Source: Clostridiaceae bacterium (GTDB taxonomy: Bacteria; Bacillota; Clostridia; Saccharofermentanales; DTU023). Taken from it: a DNA stretch of 64,000 nucleotides. A program made the translations under genes and the position numbers. The stretch is taken from NCBI GenBank assembly GCA_012519085.1, contig JAAYQX010000023.1, forward strand, positions 10,534 to 74,533, given 5' to 3'. The notes beneath the pieces are model-generated. The model saw nothing but the letters and a program-made list of their open reading frames with translations, made no database searches and was not told where the DNA came from. Within the stretch, counting starts at the first letter, position 1. Each line of letters starts with the position of its first letter. This document shows positions 60,347 through 64,000 of the stretch, piece by piece.

Positions 60347-61363
60347 CTATTTGTTTAGATACTCCAGGTGAACATCAGCCCACAATCCAGGAGTTCCGCC
60401 TGTATGGATAAAAATGGCGGTATCGTCGGCGGTAGCTTCTTGTGCCAGAAAATCCAGGAAAGCTCTGGCGGCCTTACCGGTATAACAGGGATCGAGAAAA
60501 ATTGCTTCCGTAATGGCAAATGTTTTCAGAGCAGAGTATGTCTTGTCATCCGGGATATTGTAGCCGAGCCCTGTATAAGGCTCCGTTGCCGGTCCATAAT
60601 CAAGCACAAAGTCCTGCTCTGATGCGATAATGTCATTGCGACCTAGCAACTCCGCCGCTTGCTGTATGAATTGCAAAGTCCGTTCAGGCAGATTGATGTT
60701 CTCGGCCGGTATTACAGGGATACCGCGGATCTGCAGCTGATCCAGCCCTACCAGCTTTGCTCCCAGTGCTATACCTGCCAGTGTGCCGCCCGAACCCGCA
60801 GCAACAAAGAGATGGGTCGGAGTAATGCCGCTCGTCTTAATCTGCTCTGCCAGTTCCACCATCATCAGCACATAGCCCAGTGTGCCCAGAGCGTTACTGC
60901 CACCCATCGGAATCACAAATACTTTATGACCGGCTTCCTCATATTCAGCGATGATTTCTTCGACATAAGTTCTCTTATGCCTATCTGCCACAAAGCGTAG
61001 ATCAGCTTCCAGGAATTGGTCCAGAATCAAATTGCCGCTAAGACGCTCCGGGGCCTCGCCGTCTAAAACCAGAATAGATTTCAGACCATAACGCGCCGCC
61101 ACAGCCGCCGTCAGCCGGCCATGATTGGTCTGCGGACCGCCGAAAGTCAGTAAAGTATCTGCCCCGGCGTCCAGAGCCGCGCACAGATGAAACTCCAGTT
61201 TCCTGATCTTGTTACCGCCCAGACCGACATCGGTCAGGTCATCCCGCTTAATCCAAAGTGATGGTATACCATACTTAGAACCCAAGCGGGAGAGTTGCTG
61301 GAAAGGTGTCGGGAAATTCCCGATACGAATCCTCTGTCCCAGCACCTCTGTATACTTAATCAT
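60347..61363 (-). CDS. Fold-type II PLP enzyme, 1-aminocyclopropane-1-carboxylate deaminase / D-cysteine desulfhydrase family
   Basis: FPTPFQQL...LWIKRDDLTDVGLGGNKIRKLEF (PLP Lys52), FGGPQTNHGR, and a glycine-rich loop AAGSGGTLAG. The size (338 aa) fits the family. Confidence 0.82.
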   Translation of the reverse strand: MIKYTEVLGQRIRIGNFPTPFQQLSRLGSKYGIPSLWIKRDDLTDVGLGGNKIRKLEFHLCAALDAGADTLLTFGGPQTNHGRLTAAVAARYGLKSILVLDGEAPERLSGNLILDQFLEADLRFVADRHKRTYVEEIIAEYEEAGHKVFVIPMGGSNALGTLGYVLMMVELAEQIKTSGITPTHLFVAAGSGGTLAGIALGAKLVGLDQLQIRGIPVIPAENINLPERTLQFIQQAAELLGRNDIIASEQDFVLDYGPATEPYTGLGYNIPDDKTYSALKTFAITEAIFLDPCYTGKAARAFLDFLAQEATADDTAIFIHTGGTPGLWADVHLEYLNK

Positions 61364-61719
61364 AATTCCTCCTACGTCTACTTACATATGTTTACTTATC
61401 ATTGCCGATTTTGCAACGGGAAACCACCCCCGACTATTAATGCCAAATCGCATAAGAACACAGATTCGTAAACTTTTAATGATTATAACACGTTCGAAAT
61501 TGTTAATTGAAAAATTACTGTTAATATCAGATCACAATTAATGATCAGTATGATCCGGACCGCTGAGCCATAAGCAAATGCCACCGTAACCGCAGACGAT
61601 CGCTCTCTCAGTTATAATAGTTGGAAATTAACTTGTGGTAGGAAAATTATAACGACGAACGGGTCGGACAAGGATTAAACCGGCCATATTTTTGCTTGAG
61701 AGGAATGGTTTAGAATATC

Positions 61720-62433
61720 TTGCATTGGGACGCCTTGAGAAAAGAGCACACAAACCATACTGCTGCATCTGTTACACCGGATCGCAGACGGCAAGGTTTA
61801 GACTGCGCTTGCAGAACACTATTTCTGATTGTCGCCCTGTCTGCTGTCCTCAGTCTCAGCTCTGGCTGCACCGATAGTACTCAGCCGTCATTTACTGTTT
61901 TTAAGTCGGAAACCGATCTCACCTCGGAAACCTCAATATCTGCAGACTTGATTGACAGTGCCGGGACAGTAAACGGTGAAACAGACACTCAGAACCGGGA
62001 TGTGCCCGCAAATTGGTTCAAACCTGATGAGGCAAGTTATTTCCCCGTCGTCAAAGTCGTGGACGGTGATACTGTCATTGTCGAAATCTCGGGCCAGCGC
62101 CGCAAATTGCGCTTGATTGGCATCGATGCTCCGGAATCAGTACATAGTGATCCTCAGAAAAATACGACAGAGGGAGTGGCCGCCTCTGACTTCCTCCGTG
62201 CCCTGCTCTCTGACCGGGAAGTGCGGCTCGAATATGACGTAGGCTATCTCGATCGTTACGGTCGTGACCTTTGCTATATCTATTTGCCGGACGGAACCTT
62301 TGTCAATAAAGTGATTGTGCGGACCGGTCATGCCAAACTATTGACCATTCCCCCCAATATCAAATATGCTGACATTCTGAGACAAGCTCAGGCAGCGGCC
62401 CAAGAAGACCGCCTGGGCATCTGGGGTAACTGA
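61720..62433 (+). CDS. Secreted/lipoprotein thermonuclease (SNase-like) family protein
   Basis: Lipobox LSLSSGC, then the SNase core VVKVVDGDTVIVEISGQRRKLRLIGIDAPES...RYGRDLCYIY. The TTG start is uncertain. Confidence 0.78.
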   Translation: MHWDALRKEHTNHTAASVTPDRRRQGLDCACRTLFLIVALSAVLSLSSGCTDSTQPSFTVFKSETDLTSETSISADLIDSAGTVNGETDTQNRDVPANWFKPDEASYFPVVKVVDGDTVIVEISGQRRKLRLIGIDAPESVHSDPQKNTTEGVAASDFLRALLSDREVRLEYDVGYLDRYGRDLCYIYLPDGTFVNKVIVRTGHAKLLTIPPNIKYADILRQAQAAAQEDRLGIWGN

Positions 62434-63144
62434 TTGGAAATGAGCCGTTCAAACTACAGAAGAGGACTGCTGGCCGGGATACCGATAGCACTGGGCTACT
62501 TCGCTGTCGGGCTAACTTTCGGCATTTATGCGCAAAGTACTGGTTTTACACCACTTCAGGCTACTCTCACCTCACTCTCCAATCTTTCCTCAACCGGACA
62601 GCTGGCGGGGGTCAATATCATCTCCCGCCTCGGCGGTTATGTCGAGCTGGCTACAGCGATTCTCATCATCAATATGCGCTATCTGCTGATGTCTTTTTCT
62701 CTGGTGACAAAAATCGATCCTAAGCTCTCTACTGCTAAAAGAATGCTGATCAGCTTTGCCATAACCGATGAAATCTATGCAGTTTCCAGCCAGGAAAAAG
62801 GTATTCTGGATGAGCGCTTCTTCTTCGGTCTGATGACGCTACCCATCCTGGGTTGGACCTCAGGCACATTGATCGGATCTTCCCTTGGGCCCGTCCTGCC
62901 GCCCCTGATTGCCAGCGCCTTCGGCATCGCTATTTACTGTATGTTCATCGCCATTATTGTGCCGCCGGCGCGCAACAATTTTAAGCTGCTGCTGATAATT
63001 CTGGCTAGCATTACCTTAAATCTGCTCTTCCTAAAGCTGCCGCTGCTGAAGAATCTGGCGTCCGGCTGGCGTTTGACCATAGTAGCGGTAATCGCCGCCG
63101 GGGCAGCTGCCATAATCTGGCCCAAGGAGGCAGTAGATGAGTGA
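62434..63144 (+). CDS. azlC: AzlC-family branched-chain amino acid transport protein
   Basis: GIPIALGYFAVGLTFG N-terminus and a 5-6 TM topology typical of AzlC. Directly abuts the nuclease stop. ATG 62440 is an alternative start. Confidence 0.82.
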   Translation: MEMSRSNYRRGLLAGIPIALGYFAVGLTFGIYAQSTGFTPLQATLTSLSNLSSTGQLAGVNIISRLGGYVELATAILIINMRYLLMSFSLVTKIDPKLSTAKRMLISFAITDEIYAVSSQEKGILDERFFFGLMTLPILGWTSGTLIGSSLGPVLPPLIASAFGIAIYCMFIAIIVPPARNNFKLLLIILASITLNLLFLKLPLLKNLASGWRLTIVAVIAAGAAAIIWPKEAVDE

Positions 63145-63454
63145 GGAGAGGATTTTTGTCGGAATCCTGGTGATGGCGGCTGCTACATATCTGCCGCGGG
63201 TCTTGCCTATGCTATTGTTGCGCCGGCCGATCCGGAATTTGCGCCTGCTGGCCTTTTTTGAATACGTGCCGTTTGCCGTCATAGCTGCCATGACTTTCCC
63301 GGATATTCTCTCTTCGACCGCTAATTTGCCCTCAGCCCTGGTGGGAGCAGGCATCGCTCTACTTTTAGCCTGGCTGCGCAATTCATTGTTCACTGTAGCC
63401 CTGGGCGGCATGGCCGGCGTAATGCTGACGGAACTGATCCAATCCTTACTCTAA
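63137..63454 (+). CDS. azlD: AzlD-family small membrane protein
   Basis: 105 aa. AAATYLPRVLPMLLL motif. An 8-nt overlap with azlC is the canonical azlCD arrangement. Confidence 0.8.
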   Translation: MSEERIFVGILVMAAATYLPRVLPMLLLRRPIRNLRLLAFFEYVPFAVIAAMTFPDILSSTANLPSALVGAGIALLLAWLRNSLFTVALGGMAGVMLTELIQSLL

Positions 63455-63548
63455 GTCCGGTTGACAAAAACTCTGACGGTTTGTACGCTGACTGTAATCT
63501 AAAATCAACCGGACATAGGCTCACTCAATCCTACAGCTAAGGAGCAGT

Positions 63549-64000
63549 ATGAATACTTCCCGTCCTTTCCTGCCCGTCATCCTTGGCACTGATATCAATA
63601 CTTACGGCATGGCTCGCTCTTTCCATGAAGCATACGGTCTGCGCTCACTTGCCTTAGGCCGGCTGCGCCAATATGCAACATCCGATTCGGCCATTCTCGA
63701 CGTCAATGTCCATCCAAACTTTGATACCGACCCGACTTTCCGCAAGCAAATGCTGCAAATAGGTCAGGAGCTCAGCCGGCGCGGTCTGCCTCTGCTGCTG
63801 GTCCCCTGCTCGGATACCTATGTTGAACTCGTAAGCAGAAACCGTAAAATATTGGAACCCTATTTTCTCTTCAACTGTGTATCGGAAGAACTGCGCCAAA
63901 AACTCGAGAATAAGCAAGACTTTTACCGCAGCTGTGCCGAACATGGACTGCCCTATCCGGCAACCGTAGTCGTCAACAAAGACTCCTTCCGCACTGTAGA
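63549..64000 (+). CDS. Predicted ATP-grasp carboxylate-amine ligase (COG3919-like), 5' fragment truncated by window end
   Basis: The open frame from ATG 63549 (AAGGAG 5 nt upstream) runs to the window edge and is not in the track. Its N-terminus PVILGTDINTYGMARSFHEAYGLRS resembles the pre-ATP-grasp domain of COG3919 enzymes. Confidence 0.5.
   Translation, partial: MNTSRPFLPVILGTDINTYGMARSFHEAYGLRSLALGRLRQYATSDSAILDVNVHPNFDTDPTFRKQMLQIGQELSRRGLPLLLVPCSDTYVELVSRNRKILEPYFLFNCVSEELRQKLENKQDFYRSCAEHGLPYPATVVVNKDSFRTV

Noticed and set aside
63654-63944. 96-aa minus-strand ORF near the window end
   Set aside because: It is antisense to a longer open plus-strand frame with an RBS and an ATP-grasp-like N-terminus.

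Overview
This 64-kb window appears to come from a Firmicutes/Clostridia-type anaerobe. That is inferred from gene content only: CIRCE-groES-groEL, rplU-prp-rpmA-obg, tilS-hpt-ftsH, rpsF-ssb-rpsR, cdaA-glmM, flavodiiron protein plus rubredoxin, and glycine-reductase genes. Positions 1-44 kb are densely packed core housekeeping genes covering translation, replication, chaperones, cell wall, c-di-AMP and redox repair. Positions 44-64 kb look accessory. They hold two efflux transporters, a tandemly duplicated alcohol dehydrogenase and a stand-alone grdX-grdE-grdB module, in which grdB is a selenoprotein with an in-frame UGA that the ORF track splits in two. They also hold a DUF5320/DUF134 pair behind a 17-bp perfect inverted-repeat operator, a SigI/RsgI-like pair, a Phd/ParE toxin-antitoxin module, a nuclease-azlCD unit and a truncated ATP-grasp gene. 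The strongest candidate for something undescribed is a three-gene minus-strand operon at 56211-61363. It encodes an ACC-deaminase/D-cysteine-desulfhydrase-family PLP enzyme, a 1110-aa single-chain fusion of an adenylating enzyme, a carrier protein and an alpha-oxoamine synthase, and a DUF554 membrane protein. I saw no rRNA, tRNA, CRISPR array, transposase or integrase. All family calls rest on motifs I recognise by eye in the translated ORFs; no database search was possible. Start codons were adjusted where a ribosome-binding site or family-typical N-terminus supported it.
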